Part shown: piece by piece, positions 1 to 8,970 of the stretch
How the letters are laid out: each line of letters begins with the position of its first letter
Numbering within the stretch: the stretch's first letter is position 1
IMG/VR virus record: IMGVR_UViG_3300045988_180412
Coordinates: 1,841 to 65,840 of that record
Source of the DNA: a virus
Direction: 5' to 3' (one strand)
Length of the DNA: 64,000 bases
Made by a program: the position numbers and the translations under genes
Notes under the pieces: generated by a model
What the model was told of the DNA's origin: nothing
The model's database searches: none
What the model saw: only the letters and a program-made list of their open reading frames with translations

Positions 1-4
1 CTGT

Positions 5-388
5 TTGCAAGCCGCATCGTTTGCAGGCTCAGGCGGATTGACGGGGAATGAGTATGTGTTTGACTCTTGCCGTAATCTGCGTTATGTGCTTAATATGGAA
101 TTAAACGATACGCAAAGCAAAAAGACCGGTATGTTTGTAGGTTGTGTGGCGTTGGAAACCGTAGAACTCAAATCTCTGACCCAGGGCACGGTAAGTTTTG
201 AGCAGAGTCCCAAGCTGACACTTGACAGCATCAAGTATATGCTTAACAACCGTAGAAAGGAGGGCGATATGCTCTCCAATGAGAAGTATAAGTTTACCAT
301 CAAGTTGCACGCCGAGGTCTTTGCCAAACTCACTGACGAAATAATAGCATTGGCAGCGGAGATGAATGCTACACTTGTAAGTGCATAA
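5..388 (+). CDS. C-terminal fragment of a BspA-type leucine-rich-repeat protein (5' end outside window)
   Basis: The ORF is open to the window edge. It contains LRR-like units (FDSCRNLRYV, FVGCVALETVEL). Confidence 0.5.
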   Translation: MQAASFAGSGGLTGNEYVFDSCRNLRYVLNMELNDTQSKKTGMFVGCVALETVELKSLTQGTVSFEQSPKLTLDSIKYMLNNRRKEGDMLSNEKYKFTIKLHAEVFAKLTDEIIALAAEMNATLVSA

Positions 389-403
389 CTTAATTTTTTG
401 ATT

Positions 404-748
404 ATGATACAATACAACAATCATCGAATATCTTCTGACAGCGGCAAGTACGTCCGCCGCATCTCGGATGGTCTGACCGCCAAGGCCATAGCCGCAATGA
501 CATACAACGCGGACGACTACGAGGAAGTAGACGAATTGCCCGTGTCCTTTGACGAGACGGCCTACAAGGCTGCGGTCGAGCGTCTTATTCGCGAGCGATA
601 CACCGTTGCGGACGAGTTGGGCATACTGCGTCAGCGCGACACCAAGCCCGAAGAATTTGCCGAGTACAACGCATTTGCCGAGGAGTGCAAGGCGCAAGCA
701 AAAGCGGAAATGGCCGCAGCCGCACAAGCCGCGCCATCGCTCTCATGA
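404..748 (+). CDS. hypothetical protein
   Basis: ORF track gives 398..748 with a TTG start; the first ATG is at 404. The C-terminus is Ala/Glu-rich and looks helical. No motif recognised. Confidence 0.45.
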   Translation: MIQYNNHRISSDSGKYVRRISDGLTAKAIAAMTYNADDYEEVDELPVSFDETAYKAAVERLIRERYTVADELGILRQRDTKPEEFAEYNAFAEECKAQAKAEMAAAAQAAPSLS

Positions 749-866
749 TTCCCATCGCTCCCATTATTCCCATTTTTCAGAAACCGTAAGAAGCCTGCAA
801 ACAAAAACTCGCTGACAGACAAAGTATTATAAACAGCGTGGATTTTCCGCGCAAATAAAACATCTT

Positions 867-1985
867 ATGTTCAAATTCACAATCAACGCAAAAGATTTAG
901 GCGTAATTCAAACGCTCGATAAAATCGCAAGCAGCAGCCTCAACAAAACACTGACTGCGCAAGCCTCCTTGCTATTGGAGGTTGATGACAACCAAACAAT
1001 ACGCCTTACGGCTTCTAATGCCGAAGCGCGTATAACCGCAACTCTGCATCCGACACAAGCTGACGGAAGCGGCAAGATATGTATCGACCCGAAGAAACTC
1101 GGCGCACTCGTCCGCGCTATCGGCGAAATGCCAATGACGATAACGTATGACGATACAAATATGGTGAAAATCACCACACCCAACGGCAAGTATGGACTAA
1201 ACGCTTATGACGCAGCAATCTATCCGCAAGCGGTCAACGCCGCAGGGACGACATACAAAGTCCTCACCGAAGACGTCGCTCGCGGCATCAAGGCAACCGC
1301 CTTTGCAGCCGCTACGGAAACCGATTATCACGCTCAGTTACAAGGCGTGCAAATAGCCTTCGGCGACTCGTCTCTGACATTCACTGCTACGGATACACGC
1401 TTATTGGCGCAATTATCCATTACCGATTTTCCGAGCATTAAAACCGCCGCTGTCGTAATCCCGACAAGATACGCACAGATGATGGCGGATATATGCGACA
1501 ACGAAAACGGCGAAGCATCCATAACAATAGCCGAAAAATCCCTCACGCTCAAAACGGCAACGGTCGAATTTACTTCCGCGCTTATTGCCGGAAATTACCC
1601 CGATGCCAATCGCGTATTCCCCAACGAAACAAAAGTCGAAGCACGAGTCGATGCCGCAACACTGCGCACAACGCTTTCACGCGTGGCTATTTTGGCCAAC
1701 GACCGCATCCCGAGTATTCACCTATCCGTTGACACTAACGGCCAAATACACGTCTCTACGAGGGATAAGGACACATCGCAAGATGCCTCCGAACTGATAT
1801 ACGGCACGACAAACCACGAACTCGACATTGACTTCGCATACAAAAACCTTGCTTGCGCATTAAGCGCATTTGCAGGCGAATTAGTGTTGCGTGCCAATGA
1901 CGCAACACGCCCGATATTGTTAGTCCCTGCCTTACAGGCCGATAAAACAATATACCGCGTATTGGTTATGCCAATACGCATCTGA
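867..1985 (+). CDS. dnaN: DNA polymerase III beta sliding clamp
   Basis: 372 aa. N-terminus MFKFTINAKDL...LLLEVDDNQTIRLTASNAE and C-terminus YRVLVMPIRI match the DnaN pattern (E. coli MKFTVERE...YVVMPMRL). Length is typical. Confidence 0.85.
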   Translation: MFKFTINAKDLGVIQTLDKIASSSLNKTLTAQASLLLEVDDNQTIRLTASNAEARITATLHPTQADGSGKICIDPKKLGALVRAIGEMPMTITYDDTNMVKITTPNGKYGLNAYDAAIYPQAVNAAGTTYKVLTEDVARGIKATAFAAATETDYHAQLQGVQIAFGDSSLTFTATDTRLLAQLSITDFPSIKTAAVVIPTRYAQMMADICDNENGEASITIAEKSLTLKTATVEFTSALIAGNYPDANRVFPNETKVEARVDAATLRTTLSRVAILANDRIPSIHLSVDTNGQIHVSTRDKDTSQDASELIYGTTNHELDIDFAYKNLACALSAFAGELVLRANDATRPILLVPALQADKTIYRVLVMPIRI

Positions 1986-2039
1986 TATACAAGTGAGTAG
2001 TTTTCAGTAACTCTACCATTAGGTTTATTCTTCTGCACG

Positions 2040-2076
2040 TCAGCCCGTTTGCGAAAATAGGCTGACGATTTTTTTT
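2040..2076 (+). terminator. rho-independent terminator after dnaN
   Basis: Stem TCAGCC (2040-2045) pairs with GGCTGA (2060-2065), followed by a T-run at 2069-2076. Confidence 0.6.
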
Positions 2077-2118
2077 GCCGCATCTGTCTGCGGCTTAAAC
2101 ACTAATAATTATATAATC

Positions 2119-2454
2119 ATGATAGACGAAAATATTTATCGCAAAGAAGGCCGCCGCTACGTCCCTGTCGGTAGACTCGTCAATCTCGACTACCTCCATG
2201 ACGGCGTATGGTATGTTCGCCACCACGGAACTGTGTCTGTGAGCATGACCAACGCAGACCATCTTGACAATATATACCGCGTTTGCGGCGCTAAGGACTT
2301 GTCTATTGACGTCCTTGCAGGAATGGAAAACATCGCAAACGACATCGCCCATTCGTCCGAAATGGTCAATCTGACGTCTAAGGGCTATTCGGTTATGGAC
2401 ATCATTCGCTTGACCATAACCCAAATCATCAATCGACAACAACCAAAAAAATAA
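2119..2454 (+). CDS. hypothetical protein (111 aa)
   Basis: ATG start in a compact co-directional gene string. No motif recognised. Confidence 0.5.
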   Translation: MIDENIYRKEGRRYVPVGRLVNLDYLHDGVWYVRHHGTVSVSMTNADHLDNIYRVCGAKDLSIDVLAGMENIANDIAHSSEMVNLTSKGYSVMDIIRLTITQIINRQQPKK

Positions 2455-2459
2455 AAAAA

Positions 2460-2723
2460 ATGACAGAAACCGAAAAGACCAAGGAGGCAATACGGCTCCA
2501 CGTCTTAATCAGCGAGTGCTATACAGTGGAGCTAATAGACAATCCCACGCACGTAGATATAACTATTGAGGGAAGTATCTCGGAAGATGGCGATAAACAA
2601 AAACAAAGGACGCTGCTTGTAAACAGCGATGAGACTTTGGCGCGAGATGTCCGCGACGCTGTTATTCGTTATAGGCAACGTTTGGTCGCCCAACTAAACG
2701 AATTGCAAGATGCTCAGGTTTAA
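2460..2723 (+). CDS. hypothetical protein (87 aa)
   Basis: ATG start 6 nt after the previous stop. Co-directional. Confidence 0.5.
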   Translation: MTETEKTKEAIRLHVLISECYTVELIDNPTHVDITIEGSISEDGDKQKQRTLLVNSDETLARDVRDAVIRYRQRLVAQLNELQDAQV

Positions 2724-2943
2724 CATAGACGACTACCTACGCTGCCAAAAATACTACGCAACAGAAAATCGTTATAGAACCATAGAAAAAGCCATAAAGG
2801 TCATAAAGGAACGTCAATGGGTGGATGAGAATGAATACGACTATGACGACAAGGACGAAAATAGCGATTCTAACGGATATATTGGCCGTCCCGAATACGT
2901 CAAATATCTGCAAATAAGACTAAACGACTTAACGATGAAATGA
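2710..2943 (+). CDS. hypothetical acidic protein (77 aa)
   Basis: ATG start with a short overlap onto the upstream ORF. Confidence 0.5.
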   Translation: MLRFNIDDYLRCQKYYATENRYRTIEKAIKVIKERQWVDENEYDYDDKDENSDSNGYIGRPEYVKYLQIRLNDLTMK

Positions 2944-2947
2944 ACTT

Positions 2948-3145
2948 ATGAAAAAGTTAAATGGCATTGTCCTTGACGGCAAATTCTACGAGGTTGTGAA
3001 CAAAGATTTCCTTGGCTGTCAAGGATGTGCATTCGGCAACATGCGCTGCAAAGTCGTATGCCTGAATTTTGATGGCGATGTTATCTTCCGCCTCAATCAA
3101 AAAATCACCGACAAAATAAACGGCAATGGAGGTAGACAAGACTAA
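2948..3145 (+). CDS. hypothetical small Cys-containing protein (65 aa)
   Basis: ATG start. Carries CxxC-like GCQGCAFGNMRC. Confidence 0.45.
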   Translation: MKKLNGIVLDGKFYEVVNKDFLGCQGCAFGNMRCKVVCLNFDGDVIFRLNQKITDKINGNGGRQD

Positions 3146-3368
3146 GCTGACCGAGTTGCTTGTGACGATGTGCCATCGCGCGATGGTTATCGACGACAAC
3201 ATCATTTGCAGCGACATCTACAACAAGCAATGCCACGCCTATCTCGGCGAGCGTTACGGCAATTGCCCGCCCGATTGTCCGCACCTCGAAGAAGCGGCGG
3301 CGCTCGCACACTGCAAACGCGGCGACTGCCCGAAAATCAAAAAACTACTTAAACAACTGAAACAATGA
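3126..3368 (+). CDS. hypothetical Cys/His-rich protein (80 aa)
   Basis: ATG start, overlaps its neighbours, and has multiple Cys and His residues. Confidence 0.45.
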   Translation: MEVDKTKLTELLVTMCHRAMVIDDNIICSDIYNKQCHAYLGERYGNCPPDCPHLEEAAALAHCKRGDCPKIKKLLKQLKQ

Positions 3369-3652
3369 GCGAAACAGAGGAGGATGGCTATCGGATAATA
3401 ACCGTAACCCACACAAGAGAACGGCGCGGAACAATGACTTTGGAGTTCACCAACAAAGGCCGCAGTTCCGTGCGCTACTTCCGTGGGGCAAAGCCCGTGT
3501 ATACATATAGGTGGTGCGCACAGATAATGATAAACCGCAAGCGCCACCGTATGCGCAGTACCAACTACAACAACTGCCGTGCCTGGCTTGACGATATGAT
3601 AGCAAAGGCCGGGCCGATAGTTACAACACGCACAATGCGAATAAAGATATAA
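3365..3652 (+). CDS. hypothetical basic protein, possibly an AP2-like DNA-binding domain
   Basis: ATGA overlap with the upstream gene. The segment YRWCAQIMINRKRHRM...AWLDD loosely resembles the AP2 strand-helix pattern. Confidence 0.4.
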   Translation: MSETEEDGYRIITVTHTRERRGTMTLEFTNKGRSSVRYFRGAKPVYTYRWCAQIMINRKRHRMRSTNYNNCRAWLDDMIAKAGPIVTTRTMRIKI

Positions 3653-3684
3653 CTTATTCGGAAACTCCAAACAACTAAACACGA

Positions 3685-3930
3685 ATGAATAAACTAATTA
3701 CTTGGCTTACAACATCAAATCGACATCTGCACCTGCTCGGCGGCGCCCTTATCGGCTTATTTGCGGACGGCCTTTATTGCGCCGCTTACGCCGTTATCCT
3801 CGCCGCTTCGGCGCTCGAATTTAAGGACATCCGTTGGGGCGGTCGGTGGGACTGGATAGACTGGCTGATGACCTGCCTCGGCGGTGCTATTGGCTTCGCA
3901 CTGCAAACGCTAATACTGACACTGATATGA
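3685..3930 (+). CDS. small membrane protein (81 aa)
   Basis: Two to three hydrophobic segments. Its stop overlaps the dut start (ATGA). Confidence 0.5.
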   Translation: MNKLITWLTTSNRHLHLLGGALIGLFADGLYCAAYAVILAASALEFKDIRWGGRWDWIDWLMTCLGGAIGFALQTLILTLI

Positions 3931-4367
3931 GAATACTAAATACAATGGAAGTTAAAATCAAGAAAACAAACAAGTTGGCCGTAATTCCGGCATACGCATC
4001 CATCGGCGCAAGCGGTCTCGACCTTACAGCTATCGACCTCGTAGTAATCAACCCCGGCGACCGCATATTACTGCGCACGGGCATCAGCATCGAATTACCG
4101 CAAGGTTACGGCGCTCTCGTTATGGGACGCAGCGGCAACACAATCAAACGTGGCCTGTTCGTTGCCCTCGGACTGATAGATAGCGACTACCGCGGCGAAA
4201 TCGGCGTAATGGCTTTTAACGCCACCGACAAAAAGATGATAATACAACAAGGCGACCGCATCGGCCAATTGGTAATCATACCCACACCGCAAATACTATT
4301 AAAGGAAACTTCTGAATTGAGCGACACGGAACGCGGAAACGGCGGCTTCGGCTCAACAGACATATAA
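3927..4367 (+). CDS. dut: dUTP diphosphatase
   Basis: Classical dUTPase motifs are present: ASGLDL, GRSG, GLIDSDYRGEIGV, GDRIGQLV, RGNGGFGST. Start is taken at the internal ATG at 3927 of ORF 3834..4367. Confidence 0.9.
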   Translation: MRILNTMEVKIKKTNKLAVIPAYASIGASGLDLTAIDLVVINPGDRILLRTGISIELPQGYGALVMGRSGNTIKRGLFVALGLIDSDYRGEIGVMAFNATDKKMIIQQGDRIGQLVIIPTPQILLKETSELSDTERGNGGFGSTDI

Positions 4368-4585
4368 TCCATATAATCAAGGCAAATATGAATCAAACAA
4401 AATTACAAACAGCATCAAACAGATAGCGCGTATCTCCATTCTTGCCGTCGCAGTCGTAATAGCAATGCCTATGCGCTTGGGCATTGTTATACTTAATTGG
4501 GTGTCTAACGGCATATTGCATACCGTCAATCGGCTGCTGAAAATACTGAAAGAAACAAAAGTTACAACCGAAAACAATAAAGACA

Positions 4586-4831
4586 ATGACACAAATCGAA
4601 ACAATCATACTGCATAGCATTGCTCGGCACGAGGGCGAAGCCGCACGCCGACAGCAAGACGATTGTTATGCCCCTACATTTGAAGTTTGGGTGGACATCA
4701 AGGGCGAGTTCGATGCCGCTATTCAACACCTTATCGAGCAAGGCTATATCGAAGAATTGTATATATGGGGCAACGAATACGGCTTCCGCTTAATGAACCG
4801 CGACAATGGACACGATAACGATAAGTCGTGA
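4586..4831 (+). CDS. hypothetical protein (81 aa)
   Basis: ATG start, co-directional. Confidence 0.5.
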   Translation: MTQIETIILHSIARHEGEAARRQQDDCYAPTFEVWVDIKGEFDAAIQHLIEQGYIEELYIWGNEYGFRLMNRDNGHDNDKS

Positions 4832-5534
4832 TGTTTTTGACAACCCGATGTTTCGCTCCCCCGAAAGATTGCGGATATGGCTCGCGCTACTTTTTGCGGC
4901 GGACGAAAATGGCGAAGTGCTAATAAAGTGCCGAAGCTTCGCCGCCGAAAATGGCGTCACATATAAGCAAGTTCGCACAGCGCTTGATGCTTTCGAGCAA
5001 CGCGGTAAAATCACACGAGGGGCGCACTTGGGGGCGCAGCTAAGGGCGCACTTAGGGGCGCACATAACAATATGTGACATAGAGCAATACAAAGGAATGT
5101 GGCGCAGTCAAGGGCGCACTAAGGGGCGCAGTCAAGGGCGCACCATTACATCCAAAATCTCAACTAATACTTTAAGTATTGACGCTGATTTTGTCGCCCC
5201 CGAATTTGCCGAGCCATGGCAACTTTGGCTCGATTACCGCAAGGAAACCAAACGCCCGTATAAATCGGAAAAATCGGAACGCATCGGCTACGAACAATTA
5301 GTCAAAAAATCTAACAACGACCCGACGCAAGCACTGGAAATTGTTAAAAACACAATCGCCAACGGCTACCAAGGCCTATTCTCCCTCAAAGACAATGAAC
5401 GAGAACAAAAGTACAAACGCAATAATCCCGCTGTCCGAGGCGGCAATGACCGCTATGCAGCTCTGGAACGAGCAGCCGCTACAATACTATGCGGCAATGA
5501 CACCTGCGGACATCCCGACAATGGTCAAGGCTGA
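4806..5534 (+). CDS. replication initiator / replisome-organizer-like protein containing the iteron array
   Basis: The N-terminal domain looks like a winged helix. The C-terminal WQLWLDYRKE...NGYQGLF resembles DnaD/replisome-organizer C-termini. The linker is encoded by phased DNA repeats. Confidence 0.6.
   Translation: MDTITISRDVFDNPMFRSPERLRIWLALLFAADENGEVLIKCRSFAAENGVTYKQVRTALDAFEQRGKITRGAHLGAQLRAHLGAHITICDIEQYKGMWRSQGRTKGRSQGRTITSKISTNTLSIDADFVAPEFAEPWQLWLDYRKETKRPYKSEKSERIGYEQLVKKSNNDPTQALEIVKNTIANGYQGLFSLKDNEREQKYKRNNPAVRGGNDRYAALERAAATILCGNDTCGHPDNGQG
5019..5143. repeat. iteron array: 4 + 4 copies of R-GGGCGCA-S at exact 12-bp spacing
   Basis: The GGCGCA core occurs at 5021, 5033, 5045, 5057 and at 5101, 5113, 5125, 5137. 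The two sets lie in different codon phases. Confidence 0.8.
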
Positions 5535-6093
5535 TACGCCTAACCTTTGGACTATACGCAACAATATCGGGCGCGTAAAGGCTATCGCAATTCTCGTTAA
5601 TGCCCTCGTCCAAACGGCGCGGCTTATAAATGTCGAAAACAACCTCACCGAGGCGCAAATAGGCGAGCTTGCCAATGACATCCTCGACGAATACGGCTTC
5701 CTTAAACCTGTCGAAGTCAAAACCGTACTCAAACGCGGTCTGCGCTCTAAAATCTTCGGACGACTTGATTATAATATCGTAATCGAATGGTTCGACGATT
5801 ACGCCTGTGAACGTACTCGCGCCGCAATGGACATCGCAGACCAAGAGGAAACACAAGCGCAAAATCAGCCCGTATCAGACACTTCTACTATCGGGTGGGA
5901 AGAATACCTGCTACTACTCAAAGAACGCGCCAAACGCGGCGAGAAAGCCGCACAAGATATACTCTCCGAGGTGTCGGACGGATACAAGCCGATTGTCGAA
6001 CTCGGCCGACACCTTGATGCCCGAAAAAAGGAAATGGAATTTCTACAATGGAAAGCAAAACGCAACAAACTAAAACAAAGTCAAAAGCAATAA
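5521..6093 (+). CDS. hypothetical replication-module protein
   Basis: The ORF is open from 5341 (TTG). Candidate ATGs are at 5395, 5497 and 5521, so the start is ambiguous. The C-terminus is helical and Lys-rich. Confidence 0.5.
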   Translation: MVKADTPNLWTIRNNIGRVKAIAILVNALVQTARLINVENNLTEAQIGELANDILDEYGFLKPVEVKTVLKRGLRSKIFGRLDYNIVIEWFDDYACERTRAAMDIADQEETQAQNQPVSDTSTIGWEEYLLLLKERAKRGEKAAQDILSEVSDGYKPIVELGRHLDARKKEMEFLQWKAKRNKLKQSQKQ

Positions 6094-6302
6094 AGCCGCA
6101 GTATCACTACGCTCTCGGTTTCAAGTTCTGCAAGTTCGAAATGGATTTCGCCGATAGAGCAATCCGAAACGCCAACCGTTTTATGCTGCGATTCGGCAAA
6201 GGTCGTGCCGCTCGCGACATAGGCGCGGACGTGTCTTTCCGCCGCAAACACTACATACAAGGTAAAATAAATACTGACTATGAACCGGAAAATGATAACT
6301 GA
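6048..6302 (+). CDS. hypothetical basic protein (84 aa)
   Basis: ATG start. Overlaps both neighbours. Confidence 0.4.
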   Translation: MESKTQQTKTKSKAIKPQYHYALGFKFCKFEMDFADRAIRNANRFMLRFGKGRAARDIGADVSFRRKHYIQGKINTDYEPENDN

Positions 6303-6975
6303 TAAAATAGAAGTCTCCGCCGTCAAACTGACTGATGTAGACTTATTGCGCCGTGCGGCTTCTACCACTATCGGACACGAAAGCCAAATAACCCTTGAAC
6401 GAGCATATGCCCTCGGACATAGCATTGTACGCACCCAATTATTTTGGGTCGAATGTAAAAACATTCCGCTATTCGTTGCCTCGCAACTTGTGCGCTCTCA
6501 TGTCGGAGTGCAATTCTTCCAAAGGTCTAAACGAACGGATCGCGGCGGCGCTGATTTCGAGAATGTATGCACCAACATCAGCGACTATCTCGCGGCAGCA
6601 GCCGAATGCGAAGATGCCGAATTGCAGCACGAAGCATTGTCTAAGGCCGCAAATGATATACGCTCTATGTCTGAGGAATACGACAGATATGCCCCCACGG
6701 ATATTTCGTTTATCGCTAACGCCGAAGCTCTTATTAATATGGCTCACAAACGCTTGTGCCTTAAAGCATCCGACATCACAACTTATGTCGTGGGGCTGAT
6801 TAATCGTAAGGTCGGCGCTATCGACCGCGACTTGGCCAAACATCTTGTGCCGCAGTGCGTCTACCGTGGCGGAATATGCCCGGAGCATCCGTCTTGCGGC
6901 TTGGCGGCCTCGGAAGCGGGACAGATCATCATAAACAAATACCGACAGAATTATGACTATGAAAAAAAGAATTGA
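6280..6975 (+). CDS. divergent ThyX-like (flavin-dependent thymidylate synthase fold) protein
   Basis: 231 aa. The segment FVASQLVRSHVGVQFFQRSKRT resembles the ThyX RHRxxSxxxxSxR motif but reads RSH instead of RHR. A dUTPase gene is encoded nearby. Confidence 0.35.
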   Translation: MNRKMITDKIEVSAVKLTDVDLLRRAASTTIGHESQITLERAYALGHSIVRTQLFWVECKNIPLFVASQLVRSHVGVQFFQRSKRTDRGGADFENVCTNISDYLAAAAECEDAELQHEALSKAANDIRSMSEEYDRYAPTDISFIANAEALINMAHKRLCLKASDITTYVVGLINRKVGAIDRDLAKHLVPQCVYRGGICPEHPSCGLAASEAGQIIINKYRQNYDYEKKN

Positions 6976-7283
6976 GGATTGTATCGTCGATACGGTCTGC
7001 GGATGCTACGGGGTCTCGCCGGACGAAATGCGCAGTACGTGCCGCCGCCAAAAAAATAGGCGTAGCACGTAAAATGCTGGCATATCTCTTGTATCGCTAT
7101 ACTCCGCACAATCATCGATGGATCGGCCTTTTCCTTCGGCGGTCATCGCGCTTCGCATCCGAAGGCATAGCACAAACACAATGGGAAATCGAACACATCC
7201 GCTCCGTAAAAGAGAATTACGAATACATTATGGATAACCTAAAACTCACAAAAGAAGATGAAGTTAACAGGAAAAATCACTAA
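6953..7283 (+). pseudogene. DnaA domain IV-like HTH protein split by a frame change at an A7 tract
   Basis: Frame A (6953..7072) encodes MTMKKRIEDCIVDTVCGCYGVSPDEMRSTCRRQK. Frame B (to 7283) continues IGVARKMLAYLLYRYTPHNHRWIG. The two join if one A of 7050-7056 is skipped. Confidence 0.45.
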
Positions 7284-7653
7284 GGCGCTCCCGGAAATAT
7301 CGGGAATGTCCAAAACAGGGAACCTTTGGCGCAAACGCGAGTATGTTTGCGTATACGATGAGACCAACGCCGCTTACCCAAAAGGCGTTTTGTTCTCGGT
7401 CATGAACGACCGCATAGACACTCTCAATATCCAAGAGGGAGGCGTTTACGAACTTGATATAGATTTCGAGGCTCGCGAATATAACGGCCGTTGGTGGATG
7501 TCGGCTTCCGTGTGGCGTGCAACTCTGCAAGTCGGCGCAGCGCAAGCGCAAGTCCAAACACCGCCGCCTGCACCCGTGGCTCCGCATCCGAATATCGCCC
7601 CCGAACCCGTGCAGCCCGTGTCAAGCCCTAACGGCACCGACCTGCCGTTCTAA
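7258..7653 (+). CDS. DUF3127-type OB-fold single-stranded DNA-binding-like protein
   Basis: The N-terminal 100 aa match the DUF3127 pattern (MKLTGKI...LPEISG.SKTGN.W.KREYV...FEAREYNGRWW). A Pro/Ala-rich linker follows, ending in the SSB-type tip TDLPF. Confidence 0.65.
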   Translation: MKLTGKITKALPEISGMSKTGNLWRKREYVCVYDETNAAYPKGVLFSVMNDRIDTLNIQEGGVYELDIDFEAREYNGRWWMSASVWRATLQVGAAQAQVQTPPPAPVAPHPNIAPEPVQPVSSPNGTDLPF

Positions 7654-8141
7654 GCGGTTTGCGGCTTGTCCATACAAGCCATATACCGCCATATCTTTGT
7701 CGCCGTGTCATCGCAATCTTCGTCCGCAAAGTAGAAGTTATACGCCGCTACCAATATTTGGCTGTCGTCAAGGTCGCCGCGCATATCGTGCCACATGGCG
7801 TTAAAGGCCACGTATTTGTCCCATTGGGTTACGCCTTCGGGAAAATCAAGGCCGCGCGTTGCATCCTCTATTTGCGCCACAGACCAATAAGCACCACGCC
7901 GCGTATTTCCGCCTTTGTCGGTACTGCACATTTGCCCCACATCATACGTTGCAAAGGCTTCGTTGTAGTGATGCCCGTAAAGGATTCCGCTTTGTTGGCG
8001 CATAAACGCCCAATAGACTTCCTTGTTGACGTCTTTGACGTACTGCAAAAGGTTGTCAACGGATTTCACGGATTTTTCCATCGCGGCGTCATTCCAAACA
8101 CCGTTGCGGCGTGCCTCGATTATTAAATCATTGTACCTCAT
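7650..8141 (-). CDS. hypothetical protein (163 aa), last gene of the minus-strand late block
   Basis: ATG start. Converges on the SSB-like gene. No motif recognised. Confidence 0.55.
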   Translation of the reverse strand: MRYNDLIIEARRNGVWNDAAMEKSVKSVDNLLQYVKDVNKEVYWAFMRQQSGILYGHHYNEAFATYDVGQMCSTDKGGNTRRGAYWSVAQIEDATRGLDFPEGVTQWDKYVAFNAMWHDMRGDLDDSQILVAAYNFYFADEDCDDTATKIWRYMACMDKPQTA

Positions 8142-8243
8142 TGTTTTATTTGTTTCGTTAGCAACCCGGACATCCTCCGTTAAACTTCGGCAACGGCTTA
8201 TAGCCGCCGTTTGTTGCGGCAGGATGCTCGGGTTGTGTCGTTT

Positions 8244-8519
8244 TTATCTGTTTAGTCTTTGCCATAACCAATTATATAGTTTCTGTAAAATCATTAGCGG
8301 CAATCCCAGCCAAAAGGAGGCATAGGCCGCGAGCAGGGCAAGGGCAATAGCGGCAAACACATCATAGCCGCAAAGAAGTAACACCGCGAGCGTTCCCCAC
8401 ATTGTCGTACACTTGGGACACTGCGCTATTTTCATCGCGGTCTTGGCTATCTCCTCGGCCAACCCTAAGTGTTGCGCCATAAGCGAACATAGCGCCGCCA
8501 CTATTGCCACCCACACCAT
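8244..8519 (-). CDS. small multi-pass membrane protein (holin candidate)
   Basis: 91 aa with three hydrophobic segments and a basic C-terminus. Confidence 0.45.
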   Translation of the reverse strand: MVWVAIVAALCSLMAQHLGLAEEIAKTAMKIAQCPKCTTMWGTLAVLLLCGYDVFAAIALALLAAYASFWLGLPLMILQKLYNWLWQRLNR

Positions 8520-8532
8520 AACTCAAACAATT

Positions 8533-8970
8533 TTAGGTCGCCGCTGTCAGCGTTAAAGGCGTTTCGCTCACAAACGACCGCGAACATTGATTTCCGCACG
8601 TTGACGCCACGACATTGACGGTTGCGCCCTGCGTAAGAGTCAAGTTAGGCGCGGTTGTCGAGTACACGGGTATCGTGAAGTCTTGCGATAGCGGCTGTTG
8701 CTTGGTACATCCGCATCCGCCTTTGCACGCTACATAGGATATTATACCTTCTACGTGCAACGTCATTACATACTGGTTCGTCCCCACATTGCTCACTGAT
8801 TTAATATTGAAACGCGGATTGAACACGGGTGTCTGTTCTACACAGGTGCTGTAACATAGCCGCTGTGTGATGTTTACCTGCACAAAGTACGGCGAGGCTA
8901 CCGACCCTACGGCCAACACGGGGGTGATGCTCGCAGGCTGGATTTTGTTCTGATTGCAATTACACGTCAT
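8533..8970 (-). CDS. hypothetical Cys-rich protein (145 aa)
   Basis: Contains many Cys residues, including CNC, CKGGCGC and CGNQC. Confidence 0.5.
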   Translation of the reverse strand: MTCNCNQNKIQPASITPVLAVGSVASPYFVQVNITQRLCYSTCVEQTPVFNPRFNIKSVSNVGTNQYVMTLHVEGIISYVACKGGCGCTKQQPLSQDFTIPVYSTTAPNLTLTQGATVNVVASTCGNQCSRSFVSETPLTLTAAT

